Of a stretch of DNA of 64,000 nucleotides, positions 12,341 through 25,383 are shown piece after piece. Numbering within the stretch: the first letter of the stretch is position 1; each line of letters starts with the position of its first letter. The DNA lies in contig OZ004609.1 in NCBI GenBank assembly GCA_963924565.1, positions 13,330,001 to 13,394,000 on the forward strand, given 5' to 3'. This stretch comes from Ascidiella aspersa (taxonomy: Eukaryota). The position numbers and the translations under genes are program-made. The notes beneath the pieces are model-generated. The model was not told the DNA's origin. It did not search any database and saw only the letters and a list, made by a program, of their open reading frames with translations.

Positions 12341-15300
12341 ATGAACCTGGACTTCATGCAGTCGGATAATCTGTTACCAGCGGAAGAATCTAATGATGGT
12401 GAAACTTTACAAAGCAAATTTAAAACGATGCTTGACTTGAGTAAAGCAGAAAAAATGCTTGGAAACCAACAACTTAACGTGGAAATTGATTTGAACGAGA
12501 GAGTTTTGTTGGACGCTTCGCGAACAAGAGCTGGCTATCCACCATTTTTAAGCAATAGCGACGGGGCAAAGTACATCAAAGAACAAGTTAAACTTCCGGA
12601 GAAGAACTTAAATCAACGCAGAAGAAGATCCCATGTCGCACCAATATTTCTTGGGGGGAAATTTTTAAATAAAACTTTCGGAAACAGTGAAGGTGTTAAT
12701 CCAAATATAGAATCAGTTTCTTCAATTGCAGACGAAGACTCCAACACTTTTCCATCAACACAATATTTGCTTTTTCCGTCGTATTCAGAAGATATTGACC
12801 ATGGCCAGTCGAAGACTAAATCGACATCGTCGCTCGATGTTATGGATGACATCAGTAAGATTGAATCGCTTAACAATACTTGTGAACCTGTGGAAAGTTA
12901 TGTTGTCGATGGAAGAGACGAAAGTGGGTTAATCAAACAACCAATTAATAATGTTATGCAACGTCGAAGAAGCTCGATTTCTGTTTTCACCACAGTGCAA
13001 AATGTTACAGCGCCGTCTGAGGCGAAATCAAGCGACAGAAATTCACGCAAGAATCATCTACCTAAAAGAGCCACAGTTCAATTAGGCCAAATAACTCGTT
13101 TATCGAGAAACGATAGCTTCCCACATTTAGAGTCGTCACGGTTTGGCAAGAATCGATCATCAAGAAATGCGTCTATATTATCAGAGTTTGGCAAAGCCAA
13201 CTATCACGACAACAGCGGACATAATCGCGTCCGACACAAGGCCTACTCACAAGCTGAAGGTATTAATCACAGGTAAATTGTCCGTCAGTCAATGCGATAA
13301 CCTTTTTGCATCAAGTAGTTAGTAGTGTGGAAATCAAAGAGTGTTTTTTCGTCGGATTACAAAAAAAGGAAAACGCAAAAAACGTCATAATTTGAAAAGC
13401 GCACTTTAATTCAGGAAGTCCAACCGTTTGACTTTTCCGGTTCAGGTTCGGTTCGGGTTTAAGGATTTTTTGAAAAGCGGGTTCAGTTCCGGTTTTGGTT
13501 ACGAGTAATCTAAAAGTTCCGGTTCAGCTCCAGTTTGACCTTCGTTATTTTAAAACCGGTTCATAAAGGGCCGGTTCGGATACAATAAAAGTTGCCTTAA
13601 ATCTCAAAATTGTGGGTCAATGAAAGTAGAGAATCATCTTTAAATTGTCATTTGAATCTAAGTTACGTGATGTATTAAAATACCAGCAACTCATTATTAA
13701 AACATCTAAAAAATAAAAAATAAACTTTTATTTAATCAATATTAATTTTTTTTTTCATAAAATTACAAACATGACACCACTTGTCTGTAAAACACAAGTT
13801 GTGACATTATGCTGGAATGAACCGCTTTTGTTTACGGGTTCATGTTCGGTTAAGGTTCAGGTTCTTTCAAATTATTCGGTTCGGTTCCGGTTCGACTCTT
13901 TAAAATATTATAAAGAACGGTTCCGGTTCGGTAAGGATTAGGAAAAATTTGGCTCAAAACCGGTTCATAAAGTTCCGATTCGGTTCCGGTTCGACACCCT
14001 GCTTTAATGACTCATTTCTATCGTCGGCATAACGTGTTTCGTTAAGGGGGCAAGATTCTGTTGTTGAAAAACATACAAAGCTCTAATTGCTTAGGTGTTT
14101 TAACGTTGTTCGGCAAATACAATATATGGGTGTAATTTGCACATGTAGTATGGAGCAAAATGATATTTACGTTTTTTTTTCATTAATTTTGGCGGTTCAT
14201 GAACTGGACAAAATCGAATGATGTCAGGTTCTAACAATGAATGTTAATAAACTATTATATATTTATAGGTTTTAGGGTCGTTGTTTTTATTTGTGTGATT
14301 TATAGTACTATCTGTAAAGTAAGCACAAGTTTATTTCTACTACATGCTAAATAATGCTAAATAACGATCGGGAACACTTGTCCTTGAATACTTATTTAGG
14401 TTCGTCCGTATAATATTTTTTTCACAGATTCTTGCAGAGGAGGTTACGAGTTGGTTACCTGTCACATGAGTTTCTTCGCGAGTTGCGTATGCAACGAAAA
14501 CGAAAGCATCAAAGATCTTACGAACCACTAACAGTAATTTTTTTTACAATTGTTTATAAGTAACGAGCAATGTTGCTCGATTAAGATGCTTTAAAATTAA
14601 AATATAGGTTTGGAAAAAAAAAAAAACACTTATAGGCTATGTGTAGGCCTAGTAATTCGTTGGCAATAGATATGTTAATATGAATTTTAATTATTTACAG
14701 CCCTACGAAAAGTTTCGCCGTATTGCATCAGTTATTCGCTTGTTATTGCGATGTCTAGACAACTACCGCAAGATATCTGTGGTATCGCATGTAAGCCAAA
14801 TGTCCTTCGCAATGCTTTCCAGTGACTTGGTGGCTGCAAGATCATATCGAGGAGGGCTAACCTTCGAACCTAACGATTACAGAGCGGTTACGGAAGTAAG
14901 TACAAATATATGTTCTAAAAATCTAAAATACAGAAATCTTTAATAAATAGGGTTAACTCTAAATTTGTTTGTTTGTTCTTTCAGAGTTGTCTAAACGACA
15001 AAGTAAAGTATATATTAACAATCGTACCTCATCAGCGAACTGAAAAACAAGTAAAATATGTACGAAACTTTTAACTATTCTAATTTGTGAACAACAATAA
15101 TATGACATTAAATTATAATGTAGGCTGTGAAACGACTGAGAGCTAGTGTAGAAGAATTCGCTGAATTTCCTCTTCGCATGCAAGAAGCTTTGGTTCGTGT
15201 GGCGTGGCTTGACGAGTAGGAAAATAAGGATTAAGTATTAAACGCTCTAGTAAAATAATACGTATGTCAATGTTGCTAAATGGTGTGCAGCAGACAAAAA

Positions 15301-18300
15301 ATGACCTGGCTTGAAGTTGAATTTACTTACATCACCGATTAAGTTTTCGGTTATTTTTAAGACTTCTAGAATACCCAACAAGTATTGTCGAAAACAGCAA
15401 ATTATAATTGTACAGAAGTATAAAAACAATTTCGGGCTCTCTGTTCTTAGGGCCAATTTTTAAAAACGTTTATCTGCTTTGCACAAAATAAGCAGGGCAT
15501 AGCCTACCCGTAGAGTTTAAGATGTTGATAATTTTGAAAGTGCAAAATTAAAACGTTCAAGTAATTTTAAACTTTGCCGCCTTTTAGATTTACTGCGAAA
15601 TAAATCCACCCTCGGCTTGTTTAAAAAAGTGGCCGTATTGTGAACTTTCCCAAACTGGGTTAGTAATTTATAAAAAGTACGCCGCCAGTATAAAGTATGC
15701 TGTTTTAGCATGTTTTGTAGGTGTAGCCTATCGCCATTTTTTAAACCGTCTTGACATGACTCAAACAAATAAGTTTACAGAGCACTAATATGGGTTAACC
15801 AAACATAAATTTAACGTAAACATTCCCTTTAGTCACTAATTTTATGCCAAGGTCTGAAATTAGGTAAAACTGAATTAACAAATAACGATATTTGTATACA
15901 GGTTTGAACCCAAAAGAATAATAATTCGACAGGGACATAAGGCTGAGACCTTTTATCTGATTATATCAGGAACTGCGCTTGTAACACGAAATAAAATAAA
16001 CAGATCCGGTGAAGGATATGTGGAGACGGTGAGTTGTGTGTTGAACGAAATTTGGTTGTGATATAAATCTAACATCTAAAATCATGGTAAAATGCTCTGT
16101 TCAAGGTAAGCATACTAAAGCGTGGCAAGAGTTTCGGGGAGCTTGCGATAATACGCCATGAACAGAGAAACAACAATGTTGTGAGCCAGACTCGTCTGTC
16201 CCTGCTCACTGTAGGGCGAAAAGATTTTATCGAAATCTTCATGCACAGGTGACATTTTCAAGCACGCCATCCTAGATCGTAATTGGCGTTTAACCCTGCG
16301 AAGACATATTTTGTTGTTTTGTAGGATGGACGGAGGTGAACCAGAGTTCATGGTCTTTTTAAGGAATCTACCAGAGTTCAAGGGTTATCCGCTATATAAG
16401 TTGCCTCGTAACAAACCTCAGATTTGCGCCTTCACCTATTTTCGGGTGGGAGTTGTGATTTGCCCAAATAGCAATGAAAGTGACGTCATCGTTGTGGTCA
16501 AATCAGTAAGTCTACAAACTTTCTGTTCATATATGATATTGTGCAAATTTTTAGGCCTTTTGTTCTTAAGGTTGTTGAAAAAACGAACTTATAAATATTT
16601 TTAACAAAGAACTTGCTTCGGGGCCTTTTTCAACCTAGGCTCAACGAAATCCATTTGTAGGAGGTTCTTTGTCGAACTTTCGTCAGAACCGAAATATTAT
16701 CCTGAAAGAAGCTATTCACTTGAATCTGATAAGCACTGACGCATAAAAGCCCACGATTACCATACGAAGTGACATTTTTTCCGTTGAAAGCGAAGCTTGT
16801 TATTCGAGTGATATAAAGTTGTCTCTTCATTCGGCCTTTTAGTTTTGCGTAAGCTAAAGGTCTTTTTTATATTGACGGCTAAATATACCAAATAAGGCAT
16901 TACAAGGCTACAATTTGGCTCGGATTTTCATGTTTAGCTTCCATATAAAGCTCGCGAAAAACAACCTGAATTCGCGTCTGGCTGTTATGTATCTAATTTA
17001 ACTTTAGTTATATACAACAGGGATTTTGCCGCGTTGTAAAATGTCTTCCGGCGAAAAGACCGAATATCAATGAATTAAAAGCGTCTCCTTCCGACCTTGA
17101 GCACCAAGAAAAAGTCGTCCCTGGATCTCGCGGTAGGCTTTTCGAGTTAGGCCTATATTTATCCTTTGTTATATTTAAAACATAATTTTTAGATTCTTTA
17201 ACGACTTACGGACAAATTGTGCTGCCGTCATTGGTTTCGCCAGTTTCACTGTTGACCGGACCCATAAAGCCATCCCTCATGCATAGGTTAAATATGTCCG
17301 TGGTTAAGTAAGTCGTAAGGTTTTGTAAAGGTTAAATATGGAATGTTTAATGCAGTTTTTTTCGCAGAGGTTCTCCCAAAATTAGTAACTCGACAAAAAA
17401 ACTTGTTCCTAGTGCGCCAAATCAAAGCAAGTTTGGTTTATTGTATCAATATTTGTTCCGTTTTAAATGGGATTTTCTATAAATTTGTAAAATTTATTAA
17501 ACATTTTAGGCAATAAAAAAATCATCGAGGCGCATAAGGCCGCAATTCAAATAAAATATAAAAAGTGGCAAGAAAATCATCCAATTTCAAGAGAAACATT
17601 TGCTCTTCTTATGACTGGCCGTGATATTGAACAGGACAATGATGACACACAAGAGGAGCTCGAGGAAAGGTTGCATTTTTTTGTAAAAATAACAAAGTAT
17701 TTTTTTTAAATACCATAACAAAAACGCTTTGCTGAATTGTGTTTACACAATTATTCTGTATAAATTCGAGACATGTTGATTATAGTGCGGACGTGCAGCA
17801 ATCAAGCTTTGATTTGTTTCCCCTTCAGCAATATGATGTAGACGAAAAAGGTGGGGATTAATTTAATCAACATTGTGCAAAATTTATTTCGTTATTTCGT
17901 TATAGAAATGTATTTAATATAAGTCAATTATATTCGTAGCAACACTACTGAAGTATATACTGGTCAAGTCGGACTCGAATTAAATAACTGTGGAGCTCTA
18001 AATACCCTGGCCTAGGAGATATAAAAAAAGTAAACCCTAAGTTAGCTAACTTTGAATGGAGCCATGATATATAAGTTATAGTCACTGAGTCTATAAAATC
18101 GTTTTTGCCAGGTTGTAATAGCACTACATGAATAGGGGAAGGTTGCCCTAGATGGGACGTTGCCTGAGTCGGGACTTGAGGATTACATCGACGTGCCATT
18201 AGGTAGCGCCAATTCTTAATTATTTTTTGAAGCACACAAGGGTAGCCATCATTTTAACACAAAAACATTTCAGTAGGCCAGTGTTTCTTAACCTTTTTTA

Positions 18301-21300
18301 TTTGGGGGCGCACTTAGAGACGTATAAAAACGTGGCGGCGCACCTTACGAGCGAAGCGAACGCGAAATTTTTTAGGTGTACCGACATTTCTCTTAAATTG
18401 CCTCTAATTGTTTGTTATAGGGGTTTTATGGTTGCATATCTTTAAAGGGACTTCCAGTCTTTGACACGTAAAACGTTATTTTGTACATTAAAGTCCTATT
18501 CCGATTAATTTTGGACTTCTTTCGACATGTTTTTGCCGTTCTCTCGCGGCGCACCTAGCAGCCCTACATGGTGCACCGGTTGAGAAACGCTGCAGTAGGC
18601 TGACGGCGTTTTTAGAACATATCAATCTAAAGAAAATAGGGGTGTTTTCTTGCTGGTTTTATTATTTTTATATCTGAGTTATTTCATATTTGTTGAAGTT
18701 GTATAAAATTCATTTTTTACTAATATATGGGTAATTTACCAGGCTTACTTTACTTATACAGGTAAGTTTTTCATATTATCTTGTACCTATAAGCAGCCGG
18801 TATATCTTCTGTATATGGTGATGTGGGGTGCGTTAGATGGGACAGTTCGTTTCCAAGTGAGGAACTATTTGTTGCAACCTACATTTTGGGTTATTGTGAC
18901 AAAAAATGGACTTGCCATTACCTCTTTTTAAGAAGCTAACATTTTGTTATACTAGTTCCAAAGTTTTCAACTAACAAATTTTAATATGGTTAGTTTTAAA
19001 TTTTTGATGTATGACGTAAAACATTATATACGGTTTCCCTACCCATAAAATACGTTAAGAAATGCACCTGGTTAAAATGTATCACCGTATCAACAGGTTT
19101 GTAAGACCATACCTATTCGAATTAAAACAAAATTATTGTTTAAAAGTCCCGTAAAAAACAAACGAGCAAACAGACGAGATTTGGCCTAGGTCGTGTGTTT
19201 TGAGAGCTATCAACACAGACAGAATATTTGTATAATGTATTCAATGTAAAAATATAGACACAACAAAACTAACGTTCCAAGACAATCACTCTTTGTCACG
19301 CACTTGTCCTGTGGATTTAAAAATATTAATTTTCGCTTACCACAGCAAATTCGTTGTAAGATTCTGTGAAATTGTTCTAAACAGGCTAGTCTTGAACTGA
19401 TGTAAGTGTAGCAGGTGGAGTTAAAGTTGTTTTTAATGCTTGCGGTACAAATTGATTAATGTAAAACAACGGATTTATCCTGTCCCATCTTGCGAATCAC
19501 ACTGTCCCATCATATGAAACTCTGGTTTCTAAAGACGGGACACAACAACGTTTTTTCTAAGACGAAAGTTAGAACGCTAGAGGCAAAGTTATAAGTGTTT
19601 TTTAAACGTTACGGGCATAGGTATCAAGTAGGCATGATATTATTCAAAATTATTGTTATAACTGAGAACTACAATCATTTGAAAAAACGTGTGCCATCAT
19701 GGGCAATCTTCCCTACTCAACACTCACCAGTTTATACCCGTTAATTGTTCTTGTGAGCCCTATATGTGGTTTGCGCCAGTTTGGGAACCATTTGTTTAGA
19801 AAATGGAGCGATTCCTCTTGAAACACAAAAAACATGTCGCCGCATTATCTTTGAAAAATTAACATGATATCAGAACTCCCTCTTTATTAATTGCGGAACA
19901 GATGATTTCACTAAAAAGTCTCTTGTCTATTTGTGGATCGCAAGAGATCCACATAGCATCAATACATAGGCGTAGCCAGGGGGGGGCCTGAGGGGCCATG
20001 GCCCCTCCCAAAATTTATAAATATTTTACTTTTAACACTCTGTTTTTTAGCATTTATGAGCAGTACCACAAAAGTCGATCACAGGCATGCCACACCTTCA
20101 ATTGTCATGCATTGTTACGTCACAAATCATGTAGTTAATATAACGTTTGCTATACAATAATTTGCTCTTTGATTTGTTTTTGAGTATTGCGGTAACACTT
20201 AGTCAGTTGCTGCTCGAAACGGTTTGCTAGCATTGTTATTTGTGTTCGTTACGGCAGTTAATACAATGACGAAAGCTAAACAAAAAATTCCAACTTTTTG
20301 GCCCCCCCAAAAAAAAATTTTCGGCTGGCTACGCCACTGCATCAATATTAACCGCGGAATAATCTACACAGATTTTTGTACTGTGAAATTTATAGGTTAT
20401 CCTCTGCCAATATATTTACAATTACATATACACATACGTGTATATTGTATAACGACTGTTATCTAACCATTCAGAACTCGTCTTTTTGATCAACGTTAAC
20501 GACATTTAAATCACAGTTCACTGGTAGCCTTTTTTTCTCAACCCTCGTGGCCCCTTTTGAAATGTTCTCAACCCTCGTGGCCCCCTGCTTAAAAAAATGC
20601 CTAGCATTGTGTTTAACGTATTTTACTTCTTCACGTTATTAGCCAATACAGCCATTTATCAACAAACGCATGCACATACTTAATTTAACAAATAAGTCAT
20701 TTTAATTTAAATTTACTTAGTTAGTCATTACAAAGCTTGGTCTTACAATGACATGTTTTAAATTCGGCTCTGTTTTGTACTGAGCCAGGCGATGCCACTA
20801 CATTCGTGGAGATGATTTCTTAATTTTAGTTTTATTAATGCTTTACTATTTCTTGGCAAATAAGCAGTGCATAACCTAGCTGAATATTGGCCTAAAATTG
20901 ACCTTGAGTATACCCTGTAGCGCAGTGATTCCCAAACTTTTTTTCTCACGTACCATTTTAAGCTTGTGTACAGTGTTCATGTACCACCTAGCCAAGTTAC
21001 ATCTGACTGGAACCAAACTATAACTATTTTAGCATATATATAGGAAAATGAGCATGTAGCTGTATTAAAGTTTAGCAAGTGTCATTCCAAGAAGACATAA
21101 AAGCCATAAATTAAGCAAAACCCAACCAATAGTTTTAATGCGATCGATGTAGATGACTGTACTTTCGTTTTAGACATGTTCCTTTAGTTCTCGCACTGAC
21201 CCTCTATTTTAAAAGAAATTACAGTAGTTCAATATGATTGAAATATCATTATACATACGGCATACTACACTGCTGCTATTAGTTCATTACTACAAACCAG

Positions 21301-24029
21301 CTAGCAATTAACGTTTTATTATGTGGAACCAGTTAAGTGTTACGTCATAAACGTGCGAAACCTCAAATTAAAGGTAACTGAAACGCAACATTGCTAATTA
21401 CCCAATCTGAAAGTTTTCGCAAATTTATACGTATGCCTTGAAAAGTTTTCGCAAAATTTATACGTAGTCGCGTACCACCTAAAAGACTCTCGCGTACCAC
21501 CGGTGGTACGCGTATCACAGTTTGGGAACCACTGCTGAAGCGTATACTTTATGCGTTTTACGGTGGAATGTTTCAGCTTTTGCCGGACATTTAATGCTTA
21601 GGCGAAGGGTATCGGGCTATCGGCAAGTAACATGCCACTAGAAAACACGGTGACGCCGCACTACATGACTACGTATAAAACAGCCCAGTAATTGTTTCGC
21701 CACAGCGACAGACCTTTACCCAAACTTGCCACTCGCCTACGTGCGGCGTAACTTTAGGTGATAAAACGAATAAAATGATCCAATATTCTACTTTAGACAT
21801 CCCTACTGACGAGTCAAAGCAAGTATCAGAAAAATGTGTTACATAACGTTACAAGAAAGTTTAACAGTCATATTAAAAAACACTAGTTTGAGTTATATGA
21901 CATATTAAAAAAATTACACTTTGTTTTTGCAATACCTATAGCTAAAGAGTTATGCCCGTGGCCCCCCAATGACCGCTCCGTGGACCCCCAGGGGGGGGCG
22001 AAGGAGAAACCCTGGGCCCTGGGAAGGAGAAACCCTGGACTGATCGAATAAGCATGCATTTCCGAACATGATGCAGTAGGTAATGGTGTCATGGCTGCGA
22101 CTCACTCCCCTTGTCTGCTTCTATAGCTCAGTTGGGGGAGCAACGAGCTCGATATGGTCGTAGGCCATGAGTTCAAACCTCACCATAAGCTTGGTTTTTC
22201 TATCCTCGCCTTGCTTGCGTAATAGATCGACTTATTCAGTAAATATCTAGGAGACTTCCGGTGTATTATCATGAGCCATGCATTTAATTAAGTTGCCATT
22301 ATAGCTGGCAATTTCATACAGCACGTTTTTCTGGCAGTGTGGTATTTGCAAACGTTAGAATCAGATGATAGAATGACTTCCTGTAAGATGTGAAAAAAGG
22401 TACATTCTTGTCTTTCCAGGTGGCAATTACAGCAGAAGGGAGTCTATGGAAAGTAACTATCGAACCCATATTTTAAAAAGAAACCGAACCAGTTTGGTTG
22501 ACGCATGGTCGTGGAAACAGAGAAAGAAGGTATTCTGCCTTTTGGGACCGCAGTTAGTACTGTTGGGCTTAACTCGTGGGTGGGTTTGAAAATAATTATT
22601 TTTAATTTTCAACTTAAATAAAAGTTAAAGTTAATATTTGCATATCACCTGCAGAATACCAATAGGCAAAATGATTTTATTTCTTGTAACCTATGTCATA
22701 CCATATGACAGTTTTGTAGAAAAACACAAGAGAATATTTCAACAACATATCAGAGGTTTAAAAGAACTTAACGCGCTACAAATGCTTTTTTTGTCAAAAG
22801 TATTAAAAACCTGAAGCGCTTTATAATCTTGGAATCAAAAGTCATTGGGCCACGTCAAGGCTTTGTAGAGTAGAATTTTGTCTTACTGTACAACTACTAT
22901 AGGATGCGATTCTGATGTATTATTTTATACACTGCTAAATAAATATTTTCAATAATAACTTAAGATTGATTTTAGAATAAAAACAGTTTTCAAAGTAACA
23001 ATGCTTCTTTTCCACTTTAGGCATCCTCAGCAGCTGTAAGTCTTCCCACACTGAACGAAAATGCACTGCCACGCCCATCGTTTGCCGAAGTTCAATACGA
23101 AAACCAACAGACAAAAAGGGAGAAGCCAGTGTATATCCACATACAAACTCTTGGAGAACGAGATGTGTTTGTATGAAAACCTAACAGAACCTTAAAGACT
23201 ATTCGCGTGTTTCTAAAATTGTACAAAATATACGGCTGGATATATAAGCAGATTTGCTGGGCAATAAAGATAAGAGATGCTATAGATTTTAACAATACTT
23301 AAAAAAATATGTAGTAGTTTACCGTTTAATACCTTCTAAATGTACTATGACAAAAGTATTTTTTAATCAAGACAAAACAATTCTGCTAAAAATATACCTT
23401 GCTTTTAACTGAAAGGCCAGTTAATGTACATTGTACACGCTGGAAAATATTTTTGGTCAATGTGCAGGGTTTTAATCAGGCCAAAATTAAAAACATGATA
23501 TACGACTAAATACTTCACAGTATAAATGTTTTATTTACGTTCTAAGGGTCTACTGCCGATACTATTCGACAAGTCGGAAGGTGCTACTACAGTATCTTTG
23601 ATATCTGAAGGCGCTGAGTGTATTCTTATCAACAAAGATTTCTTCATGAAGCACTTTGACGCGGAACTTAGAGAATCACTTGTTCGAAAGGTGAGAAAAA
23701 CACCAAGTTTTTGTGAATGGTTAATGGTAAATATCTCGGCTTCTCAAGACTGAAGGTACAAAATGAAATGGATATCTTTACGACCAGCATCAGTTGATAA
23801 TTTTTTTACCCCTTATAGTTTCGGTGACAAGCCTTATGTATTAACATATAGCAATATATTGTGTCGTTTTTAGGTTCGCCCTTATCCAACCGATGAAAAG
23901 CTACAATCGAGTATGCAAGATCAAGCCAATTGGGATGCCTATAAATTGATGACAGTGAATCAGATCAGGACAAAACACATAACTTCAATGAAGCCAGCGA
24001 CAATAGGCTTGAAACCCTCAGGATTTTAA
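12341..24029 (+). CDS. Cyclic nucleotide-binding domain protein (CNBD1/CNBD2-like), two CNB domains, long low-complexity N-terminus
   Basis: Exons 12341-13272, 14428-14533, 14701-14895, 14985-15059, 15124-15215, 15902-16028 (FEPKRIIIRQGHKAETFYLIISG), 16106-16248 (GKSFGELAIIRHEQRNNNVVS), 16325-16505, 17021-17132, 17193-17307, 17368-17426, 17510-17669, ~17771-17850, 22420-~22529, 23021-23170 (TLGERDVF), 23547-23690 (GL...SLISEGAECILI), 23874-24029 (stop TAA). Phases are consistent. Confidence 0.85.
13412..14001. mobile_element. Non-autonomous hAT element with GGTTC/CCGGTT subterminal repeat arrays
   Basis: Termini CAGGAAGTCCAACCG / CGGTTCGACACCCTG; TSD CTTTAATT/CTTTAATG; dense GGTTC repeats at both ends with an AT-rich core. 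Confidence 0.8.
18133..19715. mobile_element. Old TIR element with AGATGGGAC (Cimi-like) termini, containing nested insertions
   Basis: TAGGGGAAGGTTGCCCTAGATGGGAC at 18133 is an imperfect inverted repeat of GTGCCATCATGGGCAATCTTCCCTA ending 19715; further AGATGGGAC/TGTCCCATC motifs at ~18835, 19481 and 19503. Confidence 0.5.
18279..18592. mobile_element. hAT Buster-like MITE
   Basis: TIRs CAGTGTTTCTTAACC / GGTTGAGAAACGCTG; perfect 8-bp TSD CAGTAGGC. Confidence 0.9.
19965..20339. mobile_element. hAT (Tip100-like) MITE
   Basis: Termini CATAGGCGTAGCCAG / CTGGCTACGCCACTG; perfect 8-bp TSD CATCAATA. Confidence 0.85.
20923..21534. mobile_element. hAT Buster-like MITE
   Basis: TIRs CAGTGATTCCCAAAC / GTTTGGGAACCACTG; CGTACCA subterminal motifs; TSD CTGTAGCG/CTGAAGCG. 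Confidence 0.9.
22081..22320 (+). mobile_element. Diverged subfamily copy of the tRNA-derived retroposon
   Basis: tRNA-like head 22117-22190 (A box TAGCTCAGTTGG, B box GTTCAAACC), then T5 and a body alignable to the 52-kb copy (TGCTTGC..ATAGATCGAC..ATTC..CCGGTGTA). Confidence 0.8.
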
Positions 24030-24868
24030 AATGTTTCCAAATTCGTATTTTAGCTGCTTTGAAAATGTGATGCTGATAAGATACAAAGTAAACACTTTTG
24101 AGTTCACAATAAGAAAGCACGAAAAGAATAAAAAGGCACTCAGCACGGTTTCATTGCTCGTGATATGCAGATCAGACACGACGTGAAATGTGTAATATTC
24201 TGTCCATAGCCGTATGTTGAGATGCATTGCTGAAAGCCGATGTACAATGAAATTGTTATCTTTGACCTAATTGTTTTGTATGATTCTGCACGTGTTGAAT
24301 GATTTTGATGGAATGAAAAAAAACTGCAGCAATATTGCTGGGACTTTTACGGTTTTTAATGATGCATTTGCAAACTTAAAGGTCAAAGGTGTGTAGTAGG
24401 TTATTACTGTCAACAAACGGAAAAAATGTAGTGTAGCTACGTAAAACTCTAAACTTTCGTCAGATATGGTATCATTTAGAAATGACCATGGGTTGCCAGC
24501 AAAACTATGTAAAGATTGTACAAACTAGCGCAGAACTCGGAAACAATTATTATAATAATTAAGTTTGCCTATAGTTAGCATATATATGACAATATGTAAG
24601 TTTGACTTACCTCCAGTTTAACTATTGCCTTAGTTCACAATGACTGTGACGCCCGCGAATTTGCTGAAAATATGTCCTAGTAAAGCGGAATAAACATACA
24701 AGGAAGTAAAACACAGTGTAAAGGTATACCGAGTTTGAATTGGCAAAAGTAGTGTGGGTCATTAATCCAACAGCGCAACACAACCTTTGCATTTTTAAAC
24801 TACACGTAAATGCAAAAGATTTTTGCGCATTCCGTGAATCTGAAATGTGTTTCCGTTATGCCTTAACC

Positions 24869-25383
24869 CAGTGGCCGGCAATTTTTTGCACTGCGGACAG
24901 GTCAAAAACTAATATTTTATCACGGCCTGGCCATCAAAAGCAAATGTTCAGTCAAGGAAATTAATTATGGTACAACTCTTTTTCAATGAGAACTTAGAGC
25001 TTGTTTTAAACTTAACAAAACCCACAATGTCTCCCTTACAGCCTTTGTTGCTGTACAGAAAATCCAGCATCGCATAAGTAAGATGTCGGAAATGACAGTA
25101 AAGTTTTTAAGGCTTTTATGGCAACGCTTGGGTTCGAATACACGATAAAGTCAGTTATTATTTTTGTCTAGCAAGTATTTCTCTGTGGGTGAAACAATGA
25201 TTGGCCGCGCACTCTGGTGCAACCTCCTTTATTCGAACAGTCAAACCAGACAGACGGACAATCAAGGCTGCAGGCCCGTAAGTATATACACCGAAACAGA
25301 AAGACCACGGTACATACGGTTTGAGTTTAGATCAAAATTTTAATTTGGCAACCCTGCTAGGGACCGGCGGTTGCCGACCACTG
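24869..25383. mobile_element. hAT Buster-like MITE between convergent CNBD and KLHL 3' ends
   Basis: TIRs CAGTGGCCGGCAA / TTGCCGACCACTG; TSD CCTTAACC/CCTTAAAC. Confidence 0.85.

Noticed and set aside
13412-14001. CRISPR-like repeat array
   Set aside because: Irregular 5-6 bp subterminal repeats within TIR/TSD boundaries in eukaryotic DNA; no repeat-spacer periodicity.
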